Shown here: positions 1-9,007 of the stretch, piece after piece
Position numbering within the stretch: the first letter of the stretch is position 1
Layout: every line of letters starts with the position of its first letter
From: Candidatus Thorarchaeota archaeon
Lineage (GTDB): Archaea > Asgardarchaeota > Thorarchaeia > Thorarchaeales > Thorarchaeaceae
NCBI GenBank assembly: GCA_048882045.1
Contig: JBHLRZ010000043.1
Coordinates: 1 to 23,054, forward strand
Length of the DNA: 23,054 nt
Direction: 5' to 3'
Translations under genes and position numbers: made by a program
Notes under the pieces: model-generated
Databases searched by the model: none
Told to the model about the DNA's origin: nothing
The model's input: only the letters and a program-made list of their open reading frames with translations

Positions 1-410
1 TCTTTGGACTCCGTCACAGCGGCCATCTGCACATCCATCACCTGATAGACTCCACTGACAATCATAGAGTCCTTCAGATTACCGAGTTGTGTGATGAAAC
101 CAGAAGGCAATACGGATAGATCATGAGTCTGGATATACTCTTTCTTATCTACAAGGAATTCAAAGTATGATGTCATCTGAATGAGAAGATTTCCAAATCC
201 ATTAAGACAATATTCTCCGTTAGTATTCTTTTCAATAGCCCCTTTTTCAACCAGTCTGCTTAGATGACGTGAAGTTTCGGATGTCGTTATATCCAGAATC
301 TTGGCCAAATCTGAGAGTTTCTTGGGTTCATCCTCCAATAGATGAAGGATTCTCAGCCTCTCCTCACTAGAGATCTCAAAAAGAAGGTCAGTAATTTCCA
401 CGTCGAACAC
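1..410 (-). CDS. Winged-HTH (ArsR-like) transcriptional regulator, archaeal COG4742/DUF1724 type; 3' end runs off the window
   Basis: Not in the ORF track. Manual translation from GTG at 410 (alternative GTG at 401) gives MFDVEITDLLFEISSEERLRILHLLEDEPKKLSDLAKILDITTSETSRHLSRLVEKGAIEKNTNGEYCLNGFG...YIQTHDLSVLPSGFITQLGNL, open to position 1. Divergent from the 525 operon. Confidence 0.85.
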   Translation of the reverse strand, partial: MFDVEITDLLFEISSEERLRILHLLEDEPKKLSDLAKILDITTSETSRHLSRLVEKGAIEKNTNGEYCLNGFGNLLIQMTSYFEFLVDKKEYIQTHDLSVLPSGFITQLGNLKDSMIVSGVYQVMDVQMAAVTESK

Positions 411-524
411 CAGTATTTACTCGGATTACTCCGAACTTTTTCGTATTGATTTGACTATGCTCCAATTGCTTTCAGCACAGCTACTTATCCTAATAGTGAA
501 CGTACTTCGATAAAGGTGTAATAA

Positions 525-1187
525 ATGAAACGACTACTTGCACTTTCTGGCAGTCCTCATCGAACTATATCCAATACAGTCCAGATACTACACTGGATTA
601 TGGATAGGGTCGAAGAAGAAGGCTGGGAGACCGAAATAATCCATCTCCCTGATCAGCATATTGAATACTGTTCGGGGTGTGGTCAGTGTCTTATCCAAGG
701 GACTTGCTCTCAGAAGGATGATACACAGGAACTTAGGAATAAACTTCTCAATGCTGATGCAATTGTACTTGGGAGTCCAGTATATTTCATGCAAGTCACA
801 GCACAGATGAAGACTTTCATTGATAGATGTCTGAGTTTTGGTCATAGACCTTGCTTGCAAGGAAAGATCGGAGCTTCTGTCGCAGTCTATGCTGGAGTAG
901 GTAGTGCTAACTTAGTTGCAGATTATATGAATGGAGTCTTGCGTGCCTGGGGTGTGAGCACAGTCGGTAAACTGGTTGCATATGCTGCACGTCCACGACA
1001 ATTGAAATCGGGAGAGAAAGCAAAGGCTGTAGAATTGGCTGAGAGTCTGATTGATGCTGTCAATGGGAAGATAAGCTTTCCTGAGTATGTCCCTAATCCA
1101 CAGATGAGGCATCTAATAAAGTCGCAGAAAGACTTGATGCGTGCTGACTATGAGTATTGGCTGAGCAAGGGGTGGATTCAACAATGA
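525..1187 (+). CDS. Iron-sulfur flavoprotein / NADPH-dependent FMN reductase (flavodoxin family)
   Basis: N-terminal LSGSPH, Cys cluster CSGCGQCLIQGTC, ADAIVLGSPVY and MKTFIDR motifs. Confidence 0.9.
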   Translation: MKRLLALSGSPHRTISNTVQILHWIMDRVEEEGWETEIIHLPDQHIEYCSGCGQCLIQGTCSQKDDTQELRNKLLNADAIVLGSPVYFMQVTAQMKTFIDRCLSFGHRPCLQGKIGASVAVYAGVGSANLVADYMNGVLRAWGVSTVGKLVAYAARPRQLKSGEKAKAVELAESLIDAVNGKISFPEYVPNPQMRHLIKSQKDLMRADYEYWLSKGWIQQ

Positions 1188-1531
1188 TGTCATTGAACCA
1201 ACGTTTTGATGGTATGGCCAGGTTAGCCTTTAGCCCATTAAAGGCAAGAGGTTGGAAAGCGGTGCTACAGTATTTCATTGAAGGACCAGGTGGTGGCAAT
1301 CACTACTTGGTGATCAAAGACCAGACATGCACTCACTATGAAGGAATTGCAGATGAGCCAACCCTTACAATTACAGCCAAGGTCGAAGATTGGCGAGCAA
1401 TTGCGGAAGGACGTCTTGCTGGTCAGGAAGCATACTTCAGTGGTAAGATGAGAGTCAGTGGAAACATGAACGATCTATTCCGCATGCAAGCTGTATTCGC
1501 TCCATTCAGGGAGGATGAGCTACATGAGTGA
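1184..1531 (+). CDS. SCP2 sterol/lipid-carrier domain protein
   Basis: F..L.A.G.KAVLQYFIEGPGGG...PTLTIT...W..IAEGRLAGQEAYFSGKMRVSGNM pattern. ATG at 1184 overlaps the upstream stop (ATGA), so preferred over the track start at 1157. Confidence 0.85.
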   Translation: MMSLNQRFDGMARLAFSPLKARGWKAVLQYFIEGPGGGNHYLVIKDQTCTHYEGIADEPTLTITAKVEDWRAIAEGRLAGQEAYFSGKMRVSGNMNDLFRMQAVFAPFREDELHE

Positions 1532-2486
1532 ACCATGGAAAAAGGCCACTCCTCGAGTGACCATTCTATTGAATGTCTTTGGCTATCTTGCTCTTGTTCC
1601 ATTGATTGTACTGTCAATCTATGGTCAATATGAGATGGCTTTCCTCTCTGCACTCTTCCTCTCAGTTGTGTCCACAACTCTATGCAGGAGATATAGTGTT
1701 GTCAAGGTGACAGATTTGGTAATCTTGGGATTCTTTCTTGGATCATCACTGTTACTTCTATTCCCATGGTGGATTTCGATAATTTCTATCTACTACAATG
1801 CTATGCTATGGTTTGTCCTTGCATTGATGGCAGGAGTTTCACTCTTAGTTAGACGCCCCTTTACACTTGAATACGCTAAGCAGAGTGTATCTGAGTCTGT
1901 CTGGGCTACTCCGCAGTTCTATCGGATTAACCAGTTGATCACAATCGTCTTCTTCCTTGTCTTTGGAACTGACACTGTAATTTCAGTATTAATTGATGAT
2001 CGCCTCATAAGATATGTACTTTCTTTCTCATTGCTTGGAGTTGCACTAGCAGCACCATCAATTGTACCAAAGATCTATGTACGATATGGAAACAAGGTGG
2101 ATTCTTCTCTGCCCTCCGAAGTTAACATGAGTCAGTTATCTATGGAGGAGGTCTTCTCCGGAATGGTTGAAAGATTCAACTCTGAAGCTGCTGAAGATAT
2201 GGAGGCAGTGTTTCAATTTTCATTGACTGGTCATCAAAGTGGTGAGTACTTCATAGATGTCAAGAACTCAACTGCTTCTCTTGTTCAAGGTGTAGACGGG
2301 AGTCCTGAATTACTTGTAGTGATTGACAGCGAAGACTGGATTGCCGTTGTAGAAGGTCGTCTTGATGGAACCCAGGCCTATATGAGCGGCAAGATGAAGG
2401 TGACAGGTGACATGAATCTCCTGTTCAAACTTGATCAACTGTTCCCAACGATGAGCGTATCAGATGAAATCTTGGAGGGGAAATGA
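1524..2486 (+). CDS. Multi-pass membrane protein fused to a C-terminal SCP2 domain
   Basis: About 6 hydrophobic segments with an RPFTLEYAK...F...N..IT motif, then SCP2 (FNSEAAEDMEAVFQFSLTG...GRLDGTQAYMSGKMKVTGDM). Start is 1515 or 1524. Confidence 0.8.
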   Translation: MSEPWKKATPRVTILLNVFGYLALVPLIVLSIYGQYEMAFLSALFLSVVSTTLCRRYSVVKVTDLVILGFFLGSSLLLLFPWWISIISIYYNAMLWFVLALMAGVSLLVRRPFTLEYAKQSVSESVWATPQFYRINQLITIVFFLVFGTDTVISVLIDDRLIRYVLSFSLLGVALAAPSIVPKIYVRYGNKVDSSLPSEVNMSQLSMEEVFSGMVERFNSEAAEDMEAVFQFSLTGHQSGEYFIDVKNSTASLVQGVDGSPELLVVIDSEDWIAVVEGRLDGTQAYMSGKMKVTGDMNLLFKLDQLFPTMSVSDEILEGK

Positions 2487-2487
2487 T

Positions 2488-3309
2488 ATGCACGTTTTAA
2501 TAGCATACTTTTCAGCCACAGGAAATACAGCGAGGATGGCAAAGGTCATTGAAGAGAGATTTGTTGAAATGGGAGCTGAAGTCACCATGTCTGATGTGAC
2601 CTCCTATGAGCACAGACAAGTAGAAACTGATTTGACCTCGTATGAAGCTGTTGTGTTTGGAATGCCCGTTCACACTAGACGGGCTCCTAGAGTTGTTAGA
2701 GAATGGTTAGGGACGCTCAATGGTCAGGGTAAAAAATGTTCGATGTTCTTTACCTATGGAGGTTTTGGGACCCACCCTGCTCATTATTCAACTCGACAGA
2801 TCTTGGAAAAGCAACATTTTCACGTTGTGTCATCAGTAGAGTTTCTGGGAGCTCATTCCTTCAATCTTGGAGGTTGGAAGGCTTTGGTAGGGCGTCCTGA
2901 GGAACGCGATTTTGCGGTAGCAAAAGAGTATGTCGAGATAACCTATAGAAGATTCACTGGTGAGGATGAGACCCTATTAGGTGAGTTAGAGAAAACGAAA
3001 TATCCCCTAGAATTGCTTGATTCGGCTGAATCATTTCGATTCAAGACTGTTTCACAATTGCCGACAAGAGGGGGCGCAGAGTGTAGCATGTGTTACACCT
3101 GTGAGGAATTATGTCCCACCGGGGCTATGGATGCTGAATTAGGCGAAGTTGACAAGGGAAAATGTATTGTCTGTCTAGCCTGTGTAGCTAACTGCCCTGA
3201 TTCCATTTTGGCTATCAGTGATACGTCGAAGAATTGGCAACATAAGTTGGAAGAGGAAAAGACCACTGAAGAAGACCTACAAGGACTGAAAAGCATAATC
3301 TACTCCTAA
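2488..3309 (+). CDS. EFR1-family flavodoxin + 2[4Fe-4S] ferredoxin fusion
   Basis: YFSATGNT flavodoxin motif, CSMCYTCEELCP and CIVCLACVANCP. GGAGGGG RBS before the ATG at 2488. Confidence 0.88.
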   Translation: MHVLIAYFSATGNTARMAKVIEERFVEMGAEVTMSDVTSYEHRQVETDLTSYEAVVFGMPVHTRRAPRVVREWLGTLNGQGKKCSMFFTYGGFGTHPAHYSTRQILEKQHFHVVSSVEFLGAHSFNLGGWKALVGRPEERDFAVAKEYVEITYRRFTGEDETLLGELEKTKYPLELLDSAESFRFKTVSQLPTRGGAECSMCYTCEELCPTGAMDAELGEVDKGKCIVCLACVANCPDSILAISDTSKNWQHKLEEEKTTEEDLQGLKSIIYS

Positions 3310-3375
3310 AATGGGCAAAATCTGGAGATTTTTCAATAGTCGTAGCGGCATCCCCTTGATTGTTGAAAAGAAAAG

Positions 3376-3404
3376 TGGGGAGAGAGGACTGCCCTCTCTC
3401 TCCA
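3376..3404 (-). terminator. Terminator-like hairpin beside array repeat R1
   Basis: TGGGGAGAGAGG-ACTGC-CCTCTCTCTCCA stem. The plus-strand GAAAAGAAAAG before it becomes a U-rich tail on the minus strand. Confidence 0.6.
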
Positions 3405-3418
3405 TTAGAAAATTGAAA

Positions 3419-3487
3419 CTACATCTGTTTCTCTTCTACTAAAAGGAAGGAAAGCTCGGCGATCAGGATTTTGCTATGGCTGATTCT
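3419..3487 (-). repeat. Array repeat R1 (degenerate gene-3'-end copy)
   Basis: 3419-3435 CTACATCTGTTTCTCTT matches the consensus 17/17 (EKQM*). The rest is eroded with indels, with an FLPF-like remnant. Confidence 0.7.
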
Positions 3488-3573
3488 GTATTATACTGAT
3501 TCTCAAATAGTTCCTTTTTATGAATCTCAGAATAAAATCATCCATAATGTACACCATGAGTTGTTGAGAGAAA

Positions 3574-3909
3574 ATGAAGAGTATGGCTGTTGAAGGGTCA
3601 GTCTTTTGGTTGCTTGCTAGTGCCATCATCAGTCCGCCACTTACATACTATCCCGGTTCTCCCTTCTACGAACCTACATTATTCGTGATACCCTATTTGT
3701 TTTCAGCTATGTACATTGTCATTGCGTACTTCTGTTGGAATGAAAATTCGCTTAGCTTTATAGCAGCCATAGTCCTTGCTCTATCTGTTGTGGCTATGAA
3801 CGTTGGCTTCGGTGGTCTTGCTTATCCAGGAGACGAGCTTCTAGCCATCGCTCAGATTTTGATCGTGTTTTTTGGTGCTAGAGGCTATAGAGAGGGTCGA
3901 GCAGAATAG
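3574..3909 (+). CDS. Small 4-TM membrane protein, unknown function
   Basis: 111-aa ORF with four hydrophobic stretches and a basic C-terminus. Confidence 0.65.
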   Translation: MKSMAVEGSVFWLLASAIISPPLTYYPGSPFYEPTLFVIPYLFSAMYIVIAYFCWNENSLSFIAAIVLALSVVAMNVGFGGLAYPGDELLAIAQILIVFFGARGYREGRAE

Positions 3910-4050
3910 ATACTCGATACACTAACCTATTCGTAATTCTATTTCTACCATTGTCGGAGGCTAGTTATACCTCTTCTCTTGATGCACCTGCTTGAGCCGT
4001 GAGATTAATCACAAACATTGGTCCACGTTATGGCAATGGAAGGATGAGAA

Positions 4051-4548
4051 TTGACAGGTATAGTTGATGTCCTGATGGACAGTTACCTAATAGAAGCAAA
4101 GCAGGCAAGAGTTGTCATTGACAAGGCAAGATTGGTAGACTCCGACTTTGTACCAACCAAGGGGATGAGGTCTCTCATAGAACTTGTGAATCATCTGTCA
4201 CAGGTTCCCAACTTAGACCCTGCTGTGTATTCGAGTGAGCTGGATTCCATGGATGCTATTCAAAAGAGAGAGATGGAGTTGCAAAGCAAAGACATTGATG
4301 GAGCTTTGGCGATATTCGACGAAGGTGTCAAGAACGCAGAGGACCGATTTCGTGGGATGTCTGACAAAGAGTTGCTTCAAAAGAATCTGCAACCATTTTA
4401 TGAATCCGGAGAAACCAAGAACTGGGCTCACTATGTCCCAGAGATGACAAGGCACATTGCAATGCACAAGATGCAGCTCTGGATGTATCTCAAGATTGGC
4501 GGACTAGATGTTGATATGATGACATACTATGGTGTTATAACTGAATGA
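4051..4548 (+). CDS. DinB/YfiT-like putative metalloenzyme
   Basis: F.PT.GMRSLIELVNHL and HIAMHKMQLWMYLK His motifs. TTG start after GGAAGGA. Confidence 0.8.
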   Translation: MTGIVDVLMDSYLIEAKQARVVIDKARLVDSDFVPTKGMRSLIELVNHLSQVPNLDPAVYSSELDSMDAIQKREMELQSKDIDGALAIFDEGVKNAEDRFRGMSDKELLQKNLQPFYESGETKNWAHYVPEMTRHIAMHKMQLWMYLKIGGLDVDMMTYYGVITE

Positions 4549-4647
4549 CGGTCTTGACCAAACATATACCAGACAACTGGAGTTTCTATTGCGAAGGTCT
4601 GTGTTGGGGCTCAAATAGACCCCCAAACGGACTTTCTATTTCAACAC

Positions 4648-4810
4648 TTTATATATACCCAACGAATAAACACCCCATAACTCTCCTTTTCCTCAAATAA
4701 TTCTTGATAACAGTTTCAAAACTGATGAGAAGGCAGTTATTCTCTAAGCGCTTCTATCTCTACATCGGTATGTTTGAACAACATATCGGTAAGAAAAGCA
4801 ATAACGAGGT
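4648..4810 (+). promoter_or_regulatory. Conserved upstream region, copy A (TATA-like box plus 33-bp motif)
   Basis: TTTATATA at 4648. TTTCAAAACTGATGAGAAGGCAGTTATTCTCTA at 4714-4746. Homologous to 6744-6842 and 22484-22580. Confidence 0.6.
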
Positions 4811-4820
4811 ATGAACAAAG

Positions 4821-5030
4821 ATGATGAAAATTAGCGCTGTTTCAAAGATACAGGCTGTGATTGAAGAAGTAAAGACCGTTGTACGACGGATCATTGTACC
4901 TGAGCACACGTACGATGAGGCCGCACGAGTGCACCGTTGCACAATCGCATCTGAGCAAGCATTGAAAGACCTTGAGGAGATCAAGACAGGCGGAAAGTCT
5001 GCCTCATATCGAACCGGCATTTTCCGATAA
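4821..5030 (+). CDS. Small hypothetical protein (69 aa)
   Basis: ORF follows GAGGT and the conserved upstream region. Its 3' end is also retained in a relic at 22118. Confidence 0.5.
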   Translation: MMKISAVSKIQAVIEEVKTVVRRIIVPEHTYDEAARVHRCTIASEQALKDLEEIKTGGKSASYRTGIFR

Positions 5031-5118
5031 CACTGTCATGTCCTGAGGAACATCTACAAAGATGGTTCGAATGGTTTTTGTTGAAGTGGGACTAAAGAAA
5101 TGTGTGGTTGTGGTTTAG

Positions 5119-6627
5119 GTGGATTATATCCAGATAGTTAAAGATGATTTTCTGGACAAGAGCATGTTTCAAGCTTGGCAAATAGTGGACAAGAAGGCAT
5201 TTGATACTAAAGTATCATTGGTACATCCCTGTAACATGAAGAGGAGTCTACTGAGGGAGCTTATACCGCTTCGTTTCAATGTTGATGAGGTTCTCGATCT
5301 ACTTCCAGTGAAGCAGAAAGAGATTGCAAAACGCCTCAATATTGCAAGACTACCCAGTGACAGACCGTCGGGTATGCTGGGACAGGTCGCATTGTTCGAA
5401 GTTCTCAGAAACAAAGGATTTGATTTCAAAAGCTATCTTGACACATTTTGGAAACAATGGTATCGTTCACAGTCAGAGGAGTACACACTTCTGTATGCTC
5501 TTGGTTATCTCTACTATATCAGGAGATTCTTTGGGTACCAGCCCATCGACCTTGTGAAATATCTCGTTGAACCAATTACTCATGTTCACCTTTCCATGAC
5601 GTGGGATGAGAATTGGTATATGAGGATGACAGCAAACATGGCTGGGGTCACTCCTACCTATTTGTCCAATAGACACATCTACCAGATTCTCAAGAATATG
5701 CTGCGGCAACAGGATAGATGGGGGCTGTCAGTAGCCCGAGCTATGGACTGGACCGGACTTTCTCGCGGTGACGCAAAACATCTCACAGATGTAATCAGAT
5801 CTGGATGGTTAGAACATCGCTACCGCATAGTATCAAAGAACACCGGGACTGTGAAGATTTTCACAAAGAGTCAATCAAAGTGGAAGACTCCACCTTCTTT
5901 CTTTTCAATCTGCACCTCTCTACAAGATGACAATGACTATTTCATCTCGTTTACTGACATGTTCGAGAAAGACGCAGAAGGGAAATACTTCGAGATGGAG
6001 GCAACTAACACTAACATAGATCTTTACGACCTGAAGGATCAGGTTTGGAAATTGAATCCGACTACTCATGTGACTCGTTCAGTTGATGACATCTACTCTC
6101 TACTCCCTACGGGGGATCATCTTGTTCCAACAAATGACATTATGCCAACAAGACGTGACATCCTATTCATTGCACTACTAGTCGCGATGAATACATCGTC
6201 TCATTCCAAGAAGAACCAGGAGATTATGGAGTGGTTCACAAAAGGGTACGGAATTCCAAAAACAGATGTTGAGAATGGGGTTAGGAATGTCATTCGAAAG
6301 AACATGCTGAGAAATCAATACACTCACTATGCCATTATGGATGCTGATAGGGAATCTTTTACCATCACGTTTGAAGACAAGAGCAAGAAGGTCATACCTT
6401 TTCTTGGTGAAGTACTTCCCAACCTACCAGTTTCAAATTTACAGACAGATAGTGAGATGAGTAATGGTCATATTTGGGATTTCCATCCCCCATACTTGTC
6501 ATGTGATCTAAGGAATCTGATTGAGTCATCTATGAAAGAGCATGATGTCAACGGTGAGCTATTTGTCCAACAATCATGGGGAATAGGTGCACCCGGGAGT
6601 ATATTGCAGTTAATTTCAGACGATTGA
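5119..6627 (+). CDS. Hypothetical soluble protein (502 aa), possibly with an HTH/Lrp-like regulatory architecture
   Basis: Long ORF. Segment LSVARAMDWTGLSRGDAKHLTDVIRSG is HTH-like (inference). No clear catalytic motif recognised. Confidence 0.7.
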   Translation: MDYIQIVKDDFLDKSMFQAWQIVDKKAFDTKVSLVHPCNMKRSLLRELIPLRFNVDEVLDLLPVKQKEIAKRLNIARLPSDRPSGMLGQVALFEVLRNKGFDFKSYLDTFWKQWYRSQSEEYTLLYALGYLYYIRRFFGYQPIDLVKYLVEPITHVHLSMTWDENWYMRMTANMAGVTPTYLSNRHIYQILKNMLRQQDRWGLSVARAMDWTGLSRGDAKHLTDVIRSGWLEHRYRIVSKNTGTVKIFTKSQSKWKTPPSFFSICTSLQDDNDYFISFTDMFEKDAEGKYFEMEATNTNIDLYDLKDQVWKLNPTTHVTRSVDDIYSLLPTGDHLVPTNDIMPTRRDILFIALLVAMNTSSHSKKNQEIMEWFTKGYGIPKTDVENGVRNVIRKNMLRNQYTHYAIMDADRESFTITFEDKSKKVIPFLGEVLPNLPVSNLQTDSEMSNGHIWDFHPPYLSCDLRNLIESSMKEHDVNGELFVQQSWGIGAPGSILQLISDD

Positions 6628-6743
6628 AATTCCTTACGAGGTGTTAGTTACTGGGAAGCAGTTCAAACATTCGCCTGAACTTGAATACCTACGATATCAT
6701 TTGGATATTATTAGACTCTAATCATTCATCAAAACCTCATTTG

Positions 6744-6842
6744 TTTATATAGAATTCCAAAATGAGGCTCTCATAATCCTTCTTTCTTTCTAATAATCCC
6801 TGATAGGATTTTCAAATCTGATGAGAAAGCAGTTATTCTCTA
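6744..6842 (+). promoter_or_regulatory. Conserved upstream region, copy B
   Basis: TTTATATA at 6744 and a 33-bp motif at 6810-6842, 31/33 identical to 4714-4746, with the same 66-nt spacing. Confidence 0.6.
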
Positions 6843-6900
6843 TATGTTTCCATTTCTTCACCATTATGTATGGATTGCATATTGGTTAGGAGTTGTAAAA

Positions 6901-7302
6901 ATGACTGAAGTCAAAATGTTGGCGAAGATTGCTCTATTGGCTTACGGAATTGTATGTCTGCTATTTGGTACCATGTACATCTTAATGGCTGAAACCCTAA
7001 TAGCGGCTTTAGCTCCTGGTTGGGAGGTCAATGTCTTCCATCCAAAAGTGCTGGGAGGATTTCTGGTCGTCATAGGCTTTTTCGATATTCTAATGATTCT
7101 CAACAAGAACTGGGAATGGGATCACATCAAGGTGGCCTACATGGCTCTATTTGCGTTCATCATACCCATGATAATCGCGCAAATTCTTGCATTGACTCTA
7201 CTGTCACCAACCGCTGCATTTGTCGGTGAGATGATTCTCGAGATTCCCTTAGAATCAGTACTTCTAATTCTTGGAATCGTTGGATACCTGAAGCAGAGTT
7301 GA
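6901..7302 (+). CDS. 4-TM membrane protein, paralog of 22604-23008
   Basis: Start reassigned to MTEVK (AGGAG RBS, and matches the paralog start). 112/133 aa identical to the paralog by manual alignment. Confidence 0.85.
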   Translation: MTEVKMLAKIALLAYGIVCLLFGTMYILMAETLIAALAPGWEVNVFHPKVLGGFLVVIGFFDILMILNKNWEWDHIKVAYMALFAFIIPMIIAQILALTLLSPTAAFVGEMILEIPLESVLLILGIVGYLKQS

Positions 7303-7355
7303 TAAACGAAAGTGAGGGGGGAGTCCTTTTTGGAACACTTGGGCAGAAGGAAAGG

Positions 7356-7405
7356 GTATGGAGATAGTCAGGTCCGAATATCTCGCGTGTCATGACGATC
7401 TTCTG
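7356..7405 (-). repeat. Array repeat R2 (partial)
   Basis: Minus strand encodes QKIVMTREIFGPDYL, then a 1-nt deletion. The distal part is lost. Confidence 0.9.
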
Positions 7406-7421
7406 ATTAGCAGAGAACCTC

Positions 7422-8876
7422 TCACAACTCAGATTTCAGCACAAAATCTACCAGTTCTTGCATATCTCCGAATGGACTCTCATGATATACGTCAGGATGA
7501 ACACAGACCTCTTCATTTGCATGACCAGTGTAATCTATTCCCATTCCTGGTGTGAATCTTACAAGTAACTTCGAGTTTGGAAGGATATAGTAAATTGGAG
7601 AGTCACTAATTCCATCTCCTCCGGATGGAATTCCATATAGCTTAGCGAATCCTGTTTCTTTACAAAACAAGGCAAAGGCATCTGTTGCAGAGAATGTTAT
7701 TGCATCAATCAAGACAATGATTCTCCCTTTGAAGTCAATCTCACGTGCAGGTTCTACAGTCTGTGTATAATCATAGATTGTGAAATCATCAATCAAGACT
7801 TCAGTGGGTAGGTTTTCGAAACTGTCCTTTGTAACAATGTCACCGACATCTGCAACCTTCCGAAACATGTCAACATAGTCTCCCGATCTGAAAGCGAGAT
7901 GCATTTTACTACTCAGTTTCTCTCTTGAGAGAGGTGCAATGACATTACGCATCCATGGTCCGTAACTTCCACCCTGATTTCCCCGGACATCAATTATAAT
8001 CAAGTCGAACTTCTCAACCTTCTTGTAGAACTCTTGTAGGATTATTTTGTCGTCTTTTTCCATGTCATCAGAAAAATCTCCAATCCTAACATAGCCAGCT
8101 TTTTTCTCTGGCCAGACTTTTGTTTCCAATCTTTCTATAGGATATACTGTGTGGAAAGAATATGAAAAGTCAAAACTTGTTTCGAATACGACTTTCTTTT
8201 CCTCTCCAGATCTAGTCTGTATCGTGAAGACATCATCTGGTCCGAAACATCTTGGCGTGATTCTGAATAGGTAGAACTTCTTTCTCTTGAAGTCCCAGTT
8301 GAAAATTGCTTTCTCATAACATTCCATCACGACCTCATCAATCGGTTTATCATTCACAGCTATAACTCGAGAATGACGACCATACTTTTCCTCCCAGTTG
8401 CCATGCCCGGCTTCAATAAGATACTCTCCATTGCTATACCAAGCGCTTGCATCATAGTTTAGAGAGTTTCGTTTCATGAGGAACTTGTCAAAGATTGGTT
8501 TCCAGTATTGGTAATACTTCTTCAGCTCATCACTGAAGATATCACTAAATGGGCTGGTTTCGCAATAATACTTCACATCGTAGAACCCTTCGAGCCGCTC
8601 CGGGTCGATGACTGCTGAATGAGCGTTCTGAAGAGATTGAACCGCATCGAAGATGACTTCAAGATAGTCTTCTGAGGAATGTGAACTCTCAATCCGGTTT
8701 CGATATTCATCAAAAAGATCGAGCCAACTGTAACCTAGCAACCTTTCTTTCATTGAGAGATATGGATTGTTGTCCCTCATGAGAGAGAATAGAGCTTCCA
8801 AGTCATCCAACCAGTCCTGTTTTGTCATGTCCTCTGGATGGATTTCATTAATTTCAATTTTGGAACTTGAAGGCAT
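7422..8876 (-). CDS. S41-family peptidase
   Basis: L.NAHS, PDZ-like VIAVNDKPI, GYVRIGDF, IIIDVRGNQGGS, catalytic TFSATDAF, G.PSGG and HPD motifs. No signal peptide seen. Confidence 0.88.
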   Translation of the reverse strand: MPSSSKIEINEIHPEDMTKQDWLDDLEALFSLMRDNNPYLSMKERLLGYSWLDLFDEYRNRIESSHSSEDYLEVIFDAVQSLQNAHSAVIDPERLEGFYDVKYYCETSPFSDIFSDELKKYYQYWKPIFDKFLMKRNSLNYDASAWYSNGEYLIEAGHGNWEEKYGRHSRVIAVNDKPIDEVVMECYEKAIFNWDFKRKKFYLFRITPRCFGPDDVFTIQTRSGEEKKVVFETSFDFSYSFHTVYPIERLETKVWPEKKAGYVRIGDFSDDMEKDDKIILQEFYKKVEKFDLIIIDVRGNQGGSYGPWMRNVIAPLSREKLSSKMHLAFRSGDYVDMFRKVADVGDIVTKDSFENLPTEVLIDDFTIYDYTQTVEPAREIDFKGRIIVLIDAITFSATDAFALFCKETGFAKLYGIPSGGDGISDSPIYYILPNSKLLVRFTPGMGIDYTGHANEEVCVHPDVYHESPFGDMQELVDFVLKSEL

Positions 8877-8950
8877 GAAATTCCCACCCTTTTCTCAGAA
8901 TATATGGTTAACCACAAGCGCCAAATCTAAAATTAACTCTTCAAAAGGTT

Positions 8951-8987
8951 TTTATATAAGTTGACATTAAATTAACTATTGTTAATT
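8951..8987 (+). promoter_or_regulatory. Putative TATA box and palindromic operator in a divergent intergenic region
   Basis: TTTATATA at 8951-8958, then AATTAAC-TATT-GTTAATT at 8970-8987, about 20 nt before the start at 9008. Confidence 0.5.
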
Positions 8988-9007
8988 CATTATGGGGATG
9001 AATAACT

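Noticed and set aside
4722-4746. Hammerhead ribozyme suggested by CTGATGAG (also at 6818)
   Set aside because: The required GAAA after stem II is absent, and the third copy reads CTGAAGAG without the stem.
5119-6627. 502-aa ORF as the array's integrase or transposase
   Set aside because: I could not find tyrosine-recombinase R..H..R..Y, serine-recombinase or DDE motifs. HHpred or Foldseek would be decisive.
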